A DNA stretch of 62,925 nt, the filler included, from Octopus bimaculoides (Eukaryota), in assembly GCF_001194135.2 (NCBI RefSeq). It is 8 parts of 8 records of this genome, joined end to end, with 100 filler letters (N's around TTAATTAATTAA, not from the genome) between each part and the next. Parts side by side here need not be neighbours in the genome. Positions count along the whole stretch, not along the records: positions 34,121 to 52,066 come from NC_068998.1; positions 52,167 to 55,482 come from NW_026381537.1; 6 more parts are not named here. The stretch is one strand, 5' to 3'. The notes beneath the pieces were generated by a model, which worked only from the letters and a program-made list of their open reading frames with translations, ran no database searches and was not told the DNA's origin. Shown piece by piece: positions 41,643-54,046 of the stretch. Each line of letters begins with the position of its first letter. Within the stretch, counting starts at the first letter, position 1. Both the position numbers and the translations under genes were made by a program.

Positions 41643-43419
41643 AGTGAGAGAGACAGGAGAGAGTGGGGGAGAAAGAACATTACAAACAATGAATGAAATA
41701 AACATGAAATGAAAAATCGTATAAATAAAAGGGCATAAATACAGATGTATACCCACCTCCGACTTTGTTGCCTCATAACTTCCAGAAAATGTATACATTT
41801 TAACGAAAGTTTCAACAAATACCGCTTAGATGCTGTGAATTCAGAGTATGTAGGGATTTATGGGAAATAATTTTTCGAGGGGATGGGGAGAGGGATTTCA
41901 GAAAATTCACACGACCCGAATTCTTCTCTCGTAACTTTCAGGAAAATGGTTATCTTTTAATGAAAGTTTATGCAAATACCTTTCAAACGGCACAGATTAC
42001 GATTATAAAGAAATTTATGTGGAAAATGTGTTCCGAGGGTGTGGAGAGAGGAGTTTCTGTAAGACGGAGTTTCGGATCACCAAAACAAAATAAGTTAGAG
42101 CTACTCTGTTTTGACGGAGATTTTCCCAATTTTATTTTAAACTGCAGCCTTCGAAATGATGTGTGTGTATATAGCTTTCCGGTTTTGGCACAAGACCAGC
42201 AATTCCAAGGGAGGAATATGTCGATTAGATCGATGTCAGTGCTCAACTCCTTATTTCATTGACTCAGAAAGGGTGAAAGACAAAGTCAACCTCTGAACTC
42301 AGAACGTAAAGACGGACGAAATGTCGGCGTGTTAACGATTCTGCCAGCTCGCCGCCTCAAAATGGAAGATTATATTAACTCTGGTCTTTGTTATGTTTTA
42401 TTTCATCAATCTCCATCGCATCAAGCATTGATATAAATAATCCCTAATTTACATCTCCATCGGTATAGGGATTTTTTATTCACGCCAGTGAATTTGATGT
42501 ATCAGGTAACCGAACGCAACAAAGCAGCATTTACCCAGAATCCATTGCAAGTAGGAAGGGGCTCATTTTATGCTCATAGTTTTCTTGTATGGGCAGCAAG
42601 ACCTTTCAGACCTTGTCAGATGTTACCCTACTGTCATTGGTAGCGGAGGGTTTCCATAATAGTCCAAGCTTCAGGAACTCCAAAACATTGGTCCACCACT
42701 GACCTTAGTGGCGATGGTTTTCTCACATTCTATCAGAAATAGAAATTTTAATTTTCCTATGCTTACCAAACTGCAAATGAAGCTTCGTGGGAATGAAAAT
42801 ATTTATATATCAAGAATATAATACAGAAAGTTCAAAAGACTATGCCGAAGCTATAGCGCTAATAATAGTTTGTACATCTTGTTACAAAGTTATTAATCAT
42901 TAAGTCACTTGGCATAGAAGAGGAAAAACATATCTTTCCACGCAGGACAAAAGACTTACAGAGATGTTTTTTTCCATGAAGGCCTTATCTATTTACAATA
43001 AACAAATGTATCTTAACAAGAAACACATTGTAGCACTGACAACAGATATGAATTCACAAACCGTGAGTCAACCGTCCTATACTGTATTCACAAAATCTTT
43101 CCTTCGTGTTTTAAAGGAAGTTGTGAATAACTATGGCAAAGTGATCGTTTGACAATAACTCTGGTCAGTAGAGCAGGGAATGAAACATCGACTCAGTGTT
43201 ACTAACTTAAAATAGGCGCAGTAACGAAGCTGAGTGAAGGCGATTTGCCCAGGGCGGCACGTTTGGTTCTGTGGTATCATGTTGTATAGGTCAGGATGCT
43301 CGGGGCTGGTGGCGAACTCAAAGGCCGCCCAGTGAGGCATATACATTAGCTACACTATTGGATGAGAGCTAGTAGATGTAATATAGAAAATCCAAGTTTG
43401 ATTAATTAAATTTTACAGC

Positions 43420-43982
43420 CTCAGTGGTGTGACCTGGTGGGTTCTCCGTCGGTCTCGACGTTGAGCATTCAATTGCTCGACCAACTGGAATACTCATGGA
43501 ATAAACTGTGAGCGTTTGAATATTCCACATACACGTATACCTTTAATGAAATTCTCTGAAGGAACTAACGGGACACATAGTGATAAGGCTGGACCTTTGA
43601 ATTACAGCTACAACTCAGAGAGAGAGAGAAGAGAATTTTCGGCAATTTTGGACAGAAACTTTACTTATCGACACCGAAAAATGAGAGACAAAGTTGTTTG
43701 TTGTTGGCACTCCGTCGCTTACGACATCGAGGGCTCCAGTTGATCCGATCAACGGAACAGCCTGCTCGTGAAATTAACGTGCAAGTGGCTGAGCACTCCA
43801 CAGATACGTGTACCCTTAACGTAGTTCTCGGGGATATTCAGCGTGACACAGTGTGACAAGGCTGACCCTTTGAATTACAGCTACAACTCAGAGAGAGAGA
43901 GAAGAGAATTTTCGGCAATTTTGGACAGAAACTTTACTTATCGACACCGAAAAATGAGAGACAAAGTTGTTTGTTGTTGGCA
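43420..43982 (+). mobile_element. Two tandem SINE bodies (family C; resembles the octopus OK/Ceph-domain SINE from memory), period 273 bp
   Basis: GTTGATCCGATCAACGGAACAGCCTGCTCGTGAAATTAACGTGCAAGTGGCTGAGCACTCCACAG body. The 116-bp segments 43594-43709 and 43867-43982 are identical. Confidence 0.7.
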
Positions 43983-44916
43983 NNNNNNNNNNNNNNNNNN
44001 NNNNNNNNNNNNNNNNNNNNNNNNNNNNNNNNNNNNNNNNNNNNNNNNNNNNNNNNNNNNNNNNNNNNNNNNNNNNNNNNNNNNNNNNNNNNNNNNNNNN
44101 NNNNNNNNNNNNNNNNNNNNNNNNNNNNNNNNNNNNNNNNNNNNNNNNNNNNNNNNNNNNNNNNNNNNNNNNNNNNNNNNNNNNNNNNNNNNNNNNNNNN
44201 NNNNNNNNNNNNNNNNNNNNNNNNNNNNNNNNNNNNNNNNNNNNNNNNNNNNNNNNNNNNNNNNNNNNNNNNNNNNNNNNNNNNNNNNNNNNNNNNNNNN
44301 NNNNNNNNNNNNNNNNNNNNNNNNNNNNNNNNNNNNNNNNNNNNNNNNNNNNNNNNNNNNNNNNNNNNNNNNNNNNNNNNNNNNNNNNNNNNNNNNNNNN
44401 NNNNNNNNNNNNNNNNNNNNNNNNNNNNNNNNNNNNNNNNNNNNNNNNNNNNNNNNNNNNNNNNNNNNNNNNNNNNNNNNNNNNNNNNNNNNNNNNNNNN
44501 NNNNNNNNNNNNNNNNNNNNNNNNNNNNNNNNNNNNNNNNNNNNNNNNNNNNNNNNNNNNNNNNNNNNNNNNNNNNNNNNNNNNNNNNNNNNNNNNNNNN
44601 NNNNNNNNNNNNNNNNNNNNNNNNNNNNNNNNNNNNNNNNNNNNNNNNNNNNNNNNNNNNNNNNNNNNNNNNNNNNNNNNNNNNNNNNNNNNNNNNNNNN
44701 NNNNNNNNNNNNNNNNNNNNNNNNNNNNNNNNNNNNNNNNNNNNNNNNNNNNNNNNNNNNNNNNNNNNNNNNNNNNNNNNNNNNNNNNNNNNNNNNNNNN
44801 NNNNNNNNNNNNNNNNNNNNNNNNNNNNNNNNNNNNNNNNNNNNNNNNNNNNNNNNNNNNNNNNNNNNNNNNNNNNNNNNNNNNNNNNNNNNNNNNNNNN
44901 TATATATATATATAAT

Positions 44917-44948
<32 letters not shown>

Positions 44949-45479
44949 TCGTGCCTCACATGGCAACACATTAGTTAGATCTTTATATGGTCATTAAAAA
45001 TAGCAATCAAATATACTCCAAATTGCATCTTTATGTTCTTTATGAAAGAAAGGACACCTTAGTAAATGTAGTCGGTACAGCTGTCTTAAGACATGGGCAC
45101 ACTGGACAGTTGCCCTGGTCCCCACAGGTCTAGGACCCCATTTCTGATCTATGTACGCTGTGGCTTGCGATCAATAAATAAGTATTGTAGGTCCTCTGAA
45201 TTCATTTGCTCGGGTGTCCTCTCATGCGGCTAAGACAGCTCTGGCAGTAGGGCTACATTGTTGCTGTAAAAGAAATATTAGACCTTTTGACCATGGCTTG
45301 AATTCTCTTCATTATGATGAAGAGAATTCCTAATTGCCTAATTCTCAGTAATGGCTGACCTGGGTTAAACATGAATGACGACGACAAAAATAACATCAAC
45401 AACACAATACTGTACTGCTTAAAAAGACGCAAGCGCATGCCCATGTTTATTGTATAATATATACATACACACATACATT

Positions 45480-46480
45480 CTTCTGGGGGTTGATAAATAA
45501 GGACCAGTTGAGCACTAGGGTCGATGTAATCGACTGGCCTCTCCTCTGAAACTACTGGCTTCGTGCCAAAATTTGATACCATTATTAATACTGCTGGAGG
45601 TGGTGAGGTGGCAGAATCGTTAGCACGCCGGGTGAAATGCTTAGCGGTATTTCGTCTGTCGCTACGTTTGGAGTTCAAATTCCGCTGGAGTCGACTTTGT
45701 TTTTCATCCTTTCAGGGTCGATTAAATAAGTACCAGTTACGTTCTGGGGTCGATGCAATCGACTTAATCCCTTCCCTCAAATTTCGGGCCTTGTGCCTAC
45801 AGTAGAAAGGATTATTAATACTGCTGTGAGGCAGTGAGCTGGCAGAATCGTTAGCAATCCGGACAAAAATGCTTAACGGTATTTCGTCCGTCTTTACGTT
45901 CTGAGTTCAAATTCTACCGAGGTTGATTTTGCCTTTCCTCTTTCAGGGTCAATAAAATAACTAACAGTTGAGTACTAGAGTCGATGCAATCGAATGACCC
46001 GCTCCTCCTGAAAATTACTGGTCTTATAGCAAATTTTGGGACCATTAAATGTGACGAGCGGACAGAGTCGTCACGGCACCGGACAAAATGCTTAGCTGTA
46101 ATTCTTCCAGTTTTACATTCCAAGTTCAAATGTCGCTGCGGTCGACTTTCTCTTTCATCCTTTCGGTGTTGATACAATAAGCACTTGTCAAAAACTGGGG
46201 TTGATGTGTCGACTAATCCCTCTCCACAAAATTTCAGGCTTTGTGCTTTTGGTAGAAAACCTTATCATTACCTAAAACAGCGAGTTGGCAGAATCATTAG
46301 CACGTCGGAGAAAATGCTTACTGGTATTTCTTTTGGTCCTTTACGGAAATTCCACCGAGGTGGACTTCGCTTTTAAGCCTTTCAGAGGCGCCAAAATAAG
46401 TACCAATCAAGTAATTGGGTCGATGTAATCGACTTGCCCCTCCCTTCAAAATTGCTGGCCTTGTGCCATAATCAGAAAGA
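45480..46480. mobile_element. Cluster of five family-A SINEs (one partial on -, four on +)
   Basis: The repeated head, body and tail motifs occur about every 230 bp. Confidence 0.9.
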
Positions 46481-48210
46481 ATTAGTGCTACTGTAATTAT
46501 GCAAGTATTTAGAATTAACATAACAATTGAGAAAGCGACAGCAAGTTTGCCTTTATTTTCATTTTGCAGCAAGAGAAAGAACAATCTTTACAACTTAGAA
46601 AACATAGGTTTAACTTTTAACAATGTCATTCTTTGTACAGACGGGCGCGGCAGATAAACATTTCATATTTCACGTGGACATAGGCGTGGCGCTAGGGAAT
46701 TTAGGCGGGGAGTAATAGTCTTCATGTAGTTAATGTTTTATTTTTTTAACTTTTACTTGTTTCAGTCATTTGACCGCGGTCATGCTAGGATACCACTTTA
46801 AAGAGTTTTAGTCGAACTAACCCTTCACAGAACTTTTTTTTTAAAGCCAGGTACTTATTCTACCTGTAAATTTTGTCGAACCGCTAGATTATGGCAACGT
46901 AAACACACTAACACCGGTTTACAAGGTTCTTGATGTGAACTCATGTGTTGAAATAGATTTTGTTGTATTTAGGGAGGGTCATTATGTCAATGATAAATAA
47001 ACGCACTGGTATTTCACTTCTTTATTTTATAATCGATGAAGTCATCGATCGTTTGATTAATCGTTCGGTTAATCAACCAATCAATCAATCAGCTCGGTTT
47101 GTCAAAGTCATTCAGTTACCTTTCGTCACCTCATCATTGATATGCCCTCTCTAGAACCAGTGCTTATGTTTATTATCGACATAATGATCCTCCCGAGATG
47201 CAACAAAACCTTATCTTGTTTTCCCATTAGTGTACTGAAATATCGTTATTTTGTTCTGAGAGGTTTATTTGTCAGGTTGAGAACAGCTGGCTTGACACTT
47301 GGGTAACAACTTGCCGACTGCGCGACGATACTCTACTTGAAAACCCAGATGTTTTCTGATAACCGTATTAACCAATGATATTGAGGACTCACTTCAGTGG
47401 CGATACATTTGTTACTCATCAACAGAGAGCCGATTCTCAGTCACTGAATCTACTAAGAACAACAGCTAAATCTCCCTCCTGTCTCACATTAGTCACATGC
47501 TTATACATGCTCACACATATACACACTGAGAGTAGCGTCGCTAAAGAGGAAAGGACAGTCAACTCTGACCGACACTTTTAGGTCTGTTGTGTAAACCTGT
47601 ATAGTGAGCGGGAAGTGGCGGAGGTATCAGACTCATAAGTGTATTTACTTATTAAATTTTTCTATATGTGACTGTGGATTTTCATGGATGAGCTCATGAA
47701 CTTTGGTCCTTTTCTCTAAATTATATATTTATATATTATATAATGTGAAACTTAATTTAAGAAGGCAAACATCTCAAGTCATATACATTATTATTAATAG
47801 AAAAAAATTCAAAGTCTTATGGCTGTTTCTGGGATATCCCAGAGTATGAGATATTTCGTCATCGAAGACTGATAAGGAAAATGAGAAGGCTATAGATTAA
47901 TGAAATGACGACATAGAAGAGAAGCGTAAAAAGATAAGGAGATGAAGAAAGAGAAGAAAAAAGAAGCATAAAAGTTCACAGTTCAACTTTCCGATCTTGT
48001 AGAAATAAGTCCATAAGTCCTTAGGTGCAATTCTGCGTAAATCGATGTAGGTTAAAGTCCTCCAATACTAATGATGTATCTGATTTGAGATATTTGCCTT
48101 AACGTTTGTTGTTCTCGGCTATAACTTTAGATCCCTAGTAATCCGTTATATCACTTACCTAGCGTACCTAGTCGTTTAGATCACCTGTGCACTAAACCCT
48201 CATATATATA

Positions 48211-49380
48211 CAGGGGCTGGACAAAATAATGGAAACACCTAGCATCATAGCATAATTTTAAAATATCTATAAAACCGTCAAAAGTTTGTTTATTTTTATG
48301 GTTTTTTTTATTTATTATTAGTGTTGCTTAATATGTTTTGCTAAAATTGCTGTCTCTTTTCAGGTGTCATCAGAAAAAGTAATTGAAATACACTAAAATG
48401 ACAGATCTATCGGACTTTCAAAGAGGTCAAATTGTTGGTGCTCGTATGGCAGACGCTAGCGTAACGAAGACAGCTAAAGTGTTTGATGTATCAAGAAATA
48501 CTGTCTCTAAAGTAAATATAGCCTTTGAGAAAGAGGGAAAAACCTCCTCGTCGAAACAAAACTCCGAAAGAAAGTCAAAACTTTCATATGGGGACCGTCG
48601 GACTCTTCTTACGCAAATTGTTAGAAAGGATCACAAAAGTACAGCTCCCAAAATTACTGCAGAGCTTAATGACCACCTTGAGAACCCAATTTCCACAAAA
48701 ACTGTTCGCTGGGAGCTGCACAAAGCCAGATTTCACGGGTGGGTTGCAATCAGAAAACCACTACTTTCAAAAACAAACGTTGCAAAGCATTTAGAATGAA
48801 GTAAAAACCTATGGAATTGGTCCCTAGAGCAGTAGAAGAATGTTATTTTCTTGGACGAGTCATCCTTTATCTTATTTCCAACCACTGGCCGAGTGTACGT
48901 GTGGCGACTGCCAAAAGAAGCATTTGACCTAGATTGCCTTCTTCCAACTGTTAAACATGGTGGAGGATCTGTGATGATCTGGGGGACAATATCTTGGAAA
49001 TCCGCCGGCCCAATGGTTTTCCTTCATGGTGGAATTAATAATCAAGGTTATTTAAGCATTTTATCTGATCAAATTCATCCCATGGTTGCAGAACCCTTTC
49101 CGGAGGGAAACGCATTCTTTCAGGATGAGAATGCAGCAATTTACGGAGCTAAAGTTGTTACTGAATGGCACGAGGACCACAATCCCCAGATCTCAATATT
49201 TTAGAAAAACAAGTAAGGAGTCGATATCCCGCATTATCAGCACTACAATAACTGGAGACTGTTTTACCTGAAGAATGGACAAAAATTCTTTTAGAAACAA
49301 TTCAAACTTTGTACCTCGTAGGATTCAAGGTATAATTACTGTCAAAGGCGGCCCTACCCCATATTAAAATAAATTTGTTT
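48211..49380 (+). mobile_element. Tc1 DNA transposon, decayed, right end missing
   Basis: TA then CAGGGGCTGGACAAAATAATGGAAACACCT as the left end. Translation gives MTDLSDFQRGQIVGARM, KPLLSKTN, DESSF, VKHGGGSVMIWG and FQDENA. It has stops and a deletion before the third catalytic residue. Confidence 0.93.
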
Positions 49381-49424
49381 CATCAAAAAGGAAAACAATA
49401 ACTGTCCCTAAATGTAACTAGAGT

Positions 49425-50466
49425 GTTAGACTCGTAAAAACCAAAGCCATTAGAAAAGGAATATTCCAGGGAGACATTCTCTCTCCACTCCTTTTCTGCT
49501 TGGCACTGACACCTTTATCTGATATGCTAAACAGAACTGGATGTGAATACAACTGTTACGGCAAAACAATCAACCATCTCTTGTATATGGATGATCTAAA
49601 ACTATATGCTACAAATGATAAACAGCTGGAAACATTACTACAGACAGTACATGGATTTAGCAAAGAAATAAGCATGAAATTTGGGTTAGAAAAATGTGCC
49701 AAAACAACCTTGAAAAGAGGAAAACTAGTTCAGAGTAGCAAAATCACACGAGATAATTCAAATGCGATAAAAGAATTAGACGAAAGCTAGACATAAAAAT
49801 ACTAAGAAATCAATGAACTAGATACGATACAACACACACAAATGAAAAAGAAGATAAGAAAAGAATACTACAGAGGCGTTAGATTAATATTGAAAAGAGA
49901 GCTCAATGCGAAAAACAAGATAATATGTATCGATACTCTAGCCGTCCCAATTATAAGTTACAGCTACAATAGTTTTAACTGGTCTCTAAATGGACTAATC
50001 AAAATAGACAGGAAAACAAGAAAAATAATGACAGGATTTAGGATGCACCACTCAAAATCTGACATGGACAGGTTATATATACAGCGTATCGAAGGTGGTA
50101 GAGGCCTTATACAGCAAGAAAACTATTACAAATAAGCACTATGGGACTACAGAAATATTTACTTCTGAAGCAAGGAAAACTGATAAAAATAGCCCCAAAA
50201 CACGAACAGGATAAAAAAACTGTTTTCAGTCTTTAAGGAAGCCGACAAATACAAAAAATTAAGTCATAATACCTAACAACTCTTTTACTATTTTACTTGT
50301 TTCAGTCATTTGACTGTGGCCATGCTAGAGCACCGCCTTTAGCCGAGTAAATCGACCCAGGACTTATTCTTTTGCCGAACCGCTAAGTTATGGGGATGTA
50401 AACACACCATCATCGGTTTCAAGCGATGTTGGGGGGACAAACACAGACACACAAACATATACACAC

Positions 50467-50505
<39 letters not shown>

Positions 50506-51409
50506 NNNNNNNNNNNNNNNNNNNNNNNNNNNNNNNNNNNNNNNNNNNNNNNNNNNNNNNNNNNNNNNNNNNNNNNNNNNNNNNNNNNNNNNNNNNNNNN
50601 NNNNNNNNNNNNNNNNNNNNNNNNNNNNNNNNNNNNNNNNNNNNNNNNNNNNNNNNNNNNNNNNNNNNNNNNNNNNNNNNNNNNNNNNNNNNNNNNNNNN
50701 NNNNNNNNNNNGTGGGATTGAACTCGGAACCATGTGCTTTGTAAACAAGCAACTTACCACACAGCCACTCCTACACCTATGAAGAAAAAGAAGAAACAAA
50801 CAAAAGCTGTAAAACAACTGAAATCCAAACTAAATCTGAAACAGCAACGGATCACGATAAAACGATGGCAAGAAAAGTCCCTTCATGGCAAATACTGCGT
50901 TAAATTAGATAGAAAAGAAATAGACAAAGCAAAATCCCAGCAATGGCTGAGAAGCTCAAGACTCAAAGTAGAGAGTGAAGGATTTTTAATTGCAGCACAA
51001 GACCAAAGCCTCCCCACCAGGAATTACTAAAAACATGTAATGAAAAGAAATGCAACAATTAGTTGCAGAATATGTGGAAACTAAGAGAAAACAATAAATC
51101 ATATTGTCTCTGGCTGCCCAGTCTTGGCTAAGAAGGAATGTATTCACGGTCACGACAGAGTCGGGACCTATATACACTGGATGGTCACAGAAAAGGTCAC
51201 AGAAAATGAGAAAGCAACCATACTTTGGGATTTGCCAATGCACACAGATAGAGAATTAAGGCCAATAGGCTGGTATAGTTGTCAGAAATCACCAAGAAAA
51301 AAATGCTTTCTAATCGATGTATCAATACCGATAGATGACAATGTTTCTCTAAAAGAAACGGAGAAACTTTCAAAATACAAAGATCTGGAAATAGAGGTAA
51401 CTCGAATGT
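49425..51409 (+). mobile_element. R4/Dong-like RLE non-LTR retrotransposon fragment, 5'-truncated and interrupted by a SINE at about 50285-50775
   Basis: GIFQGD-LSPLLFCLALTPL, HLLYMDDLKLYA, MKFGLEKCAK, GGRGL, LIAAQDQSL, a CRICG..HIVSGC zinc knuckle, and LIDVSIP..EKLSKYKDL (RLE domain). Confidence 0.92.
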
Positions 51410-52066
51410 GCAGTTCGTTCGTCACCTCGTCACCTCGTCCTCCGCCCACGCAGCCGCTACCGAGACAACGCCTCCGTCTCTCGCTTCCTATCCGACCGTC
51501 TCGCGCACGCTTCAATAGCTCGCAGGCCGTTGTTATTGCTGCTCCGCCATTTCGATTTCCGGACCGGGTGATGGTTCGTGTTCTGAAGTAAACTATTTCG
51601 TTTCACAATGCTCAGTAATTACTTCAATAACTGACGTGTGACGCACCGCGCACCTGTACAGGCAATGTCGATTTGATAGCGGGAGTGATCTAATGTACAA
51701 CACATATATTTTGAGCGTTGTCAACGCGTCCTTTGACAAGGTTGTTCAGAAAGAGTTTGCAGAGCCCTCGTCTGGTGTTTACGACAAGAGAGTTCACATG
51801 TTGCGGATCTTTTTTAAAACGGGGGCCACATTTTTCATTAATGTTTTACGTAGTGTTTTTGGTACCGAAAGACTTTCAAACTTCGTATACTTATCTATTT
51901 TGTGTTATAGAACAGAAGAATATTTTTGTATTCGAATTTATTTCATGTAAAAAATTGTCTTATTTCGATAATTTCAACCAATCACTGACAAGTATTCAGT
52001 TGTTTACCTTTACTCCTTTGGCTCATTAAGCGATGTAAAGCGTATTTAATCTCCGTACCTTCGTTT
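51410..52066. repeat. Unclassified dispersed repeat abutting or inserted in the R4-like LINE; its AT-rich half recurs at 8358-8590
   Basis: About 230 bp are nearly identical between 8358-8587 and 51818-52054. Confidence 0.75.
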
Positions 52067-52278
52067 NNNNNNNNNNNNNNNNNNNNNNNNNNNNNNNNNN
52101 NNNNNNNNNNTTAATTAATTAANNNNNNNNNNNNNNNNNNNNNNNNNNNNNNNNNNNNNNNNNNNNACCTATGTTTTTGACCAGTGGTTTTTATGAACTT
52201 TTGTAAGTTTGGTGAGTAGAGACGGAGCCTCTATCAAATATCTTTATTGTTATATCTATTTTTCTTCTAATTTTGCAG

Positions 52279-52336
52279 CTTCACATTCTGCTTCAGCTTC
52301 GTGTTCAGTAAACTGTGATTATTCACGTCCCTGCAG
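52279..52336 (+). CDS. Candidate internal coding exon 1 of an unannotated Cys-rich protein: (A)SHSASASCSVNCDYSRPC(S)
   Basis: Acceptor ttttcttctaattttgcAG and donor CAG|GTAAGA. The exon is 58 nt and only one frame is open (phase 1 to phase 2). It carries 3 Cys. Confidence 0.55.
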
Positions 52337-53269
52337 GTAAGAGCTGTTATTTCTTTCATTAACTTTTTAATTAATTAAATAGTTGAATTACTTTCTTTTC
52401 CTGGTTATTCTTTATTGAGTCTCCTCAATATGATTTCCATCGCTCATATATATCACTGTTGGTAATGCACTACATCCTCTAGTAATGTACTACATCTTTC
52501 TTCTATACACCCTCTTGGTCATACTACCATGAAAGAACAAAGGACTCAATTTTGTGGGTAACAAAGCAACCTCTCTAGAAAAATTGTTGATTTGAAGAGC
52601 ATCCAGTCTCAGATACAATACCAAATTTAGAACCGACAAGTAAGCTGTCATCCCCAACCTGTCTAGGAGTGCAGCAACTCTAAATAAGAACTCAGATCCT
52701 GATGATCCTTCCAGCCTATGACAGCATGGAAAACAGACATAAAAGATGATGAGGATAGTGTGTGCATGTGTATGTGTTCACATACATGTTCATTTACATA
52801 TCTACATACAGGTATGGCTGTGTAGTAAAGAAGGTTTAGGTTCACTCAGTTTTAGGTTCACTCCCACTGCATGAAATATTGGGAAAGAGTTTTCTACCAT
52901 TGCTCTGGGCCAACCAAAGCCTTGTTAGTGAATTTGGTAGGCAGAAAGTGAAGGGCACCCATGTGTGTGTGCATGTGCCTTTGTTTTGACATATGACAGT
53001 TGTAAACAAATATCTTTGTCATACATTATTCTGTCATTCGCTTTCATTCTTTCATGAAGACATATCTGGCTAAGGAGAAATATTATTTCAATTAGAAACA
53101 GATGAAAATTGGTGATAGAAAGGGCATCCAATCACAGAAAATCGACTTCAGTCAATTCCACCTGACATGCGCAACCATAGAAAAGTGGATGTCAGAAAGC
53201 TTCTGCTGATAACCCCCCCCCCCCACACGCTGTAAGTATTTTTTTAATTTGTGCTGTTTTCTTTTCCAG

Positions 53270-53337
53270 TGATGTGTATTCATGCCTATCAGGATCTTGT
53301 TCAACTCTCACTGAGAAGGATTTGCCTGCTAAATGTA
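53270..53337 (+). CDS. Candidate internal coding exon 2 of the Cys-rich protein: DVYSCLSGSCSTLTEKDLPAKC
   Basis: Long polypyrimidine acceptor gtgctgttttcttttccAG and donor A|GTAAGT. The exon is 68 nt, phase 2 to phase 1, in frame with the previous exon. It carries 3 Cys. Confidence 0.55.
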
Positions 53338-53981
53338 GTAAGTGACAATTTTTCATAAAATACATCATGACTTTTCTTAAACTAATATGCTACCATTCTC
53401 CGCTTCATATATGCTAGTAATAAAAAATTTAATAAAAATAATGAGAGTCTGCTATTTATACTGTTTTATTTAGAAAAAGTAAAATTAAAATACTGTTTAA
53501 AATCAAAGTTGTGTTGGAAGAATTCGACAGGGCATTACTATATTTTGTTTTTACATAGTGAGTGTAAGAAGATGAAAGTAAGTATCTTAAAATAGTACTC
53601 AGCAACATTACTGTAAAACTAAAAAGTAATGTGTCAGCTGTTGGCCTCAAATAAAAGATGTTCCATGACTAACAAATATGACTTTACTTTACTGTTGCTG
53701 TTCACTCATAGTATACCATGGCAAACTCCAGATCTACAACTTTGGTTATAAAGATCTTTGTTTAAAATATTTTTACAATAAATTAAACTCAGAATACTTC
53801 TGGTATCATTTTTAAGTTTTCTTAGCATTGAGTTACTGAGTGATTTCAGTAGTTGCAGTTTGGTACTCTGGACTTTTTTAAACATATCACAAGTTTTGAG
53901 ACCATATGTTGTGAAACTTCATGATACAATAATAAAGTTTTTACAGTTAATCACAAATGTCTGTTTTCTTAATTGTTTCAG

Positions 53982-54046
53982 AATGCTATGTGAAATGCCG
54001 TGAAGAATTTAATAATCTTCGCATAAGAAAAGACAACTGCATGTAA
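53982..54046 (+). CDS. Candidate coding exon 3 of the Cys-rich protein: (K)CYVKCREEFNNLRIRKDNC, then either M-stop (TAA 54044-54046) or a donor AT|GTAAAT after 54042
   Basis: Acceptor ctgttttcttaattgtttcAG. Only the phase-1 frame is open, matching exon 2. It carries 3 Cys. Confidence 0.5.

Noticed and set aside
45357-45445. Signal-peptide-like MRLRLFKQYSIVLLMLFLSSSFMFNP with a CAG|GTCAGC donor (minus strand)
   Set aside because: The hydrophobic stretch is the antisense reading of the same repeat's (AAC)-rich tail.
53232-53269. GTAAGT donor just upstream of Cys-rich exon 2
   Set aside because: It would define a 38-nt intron, too short, and the upstream sequence is repeat-derived.
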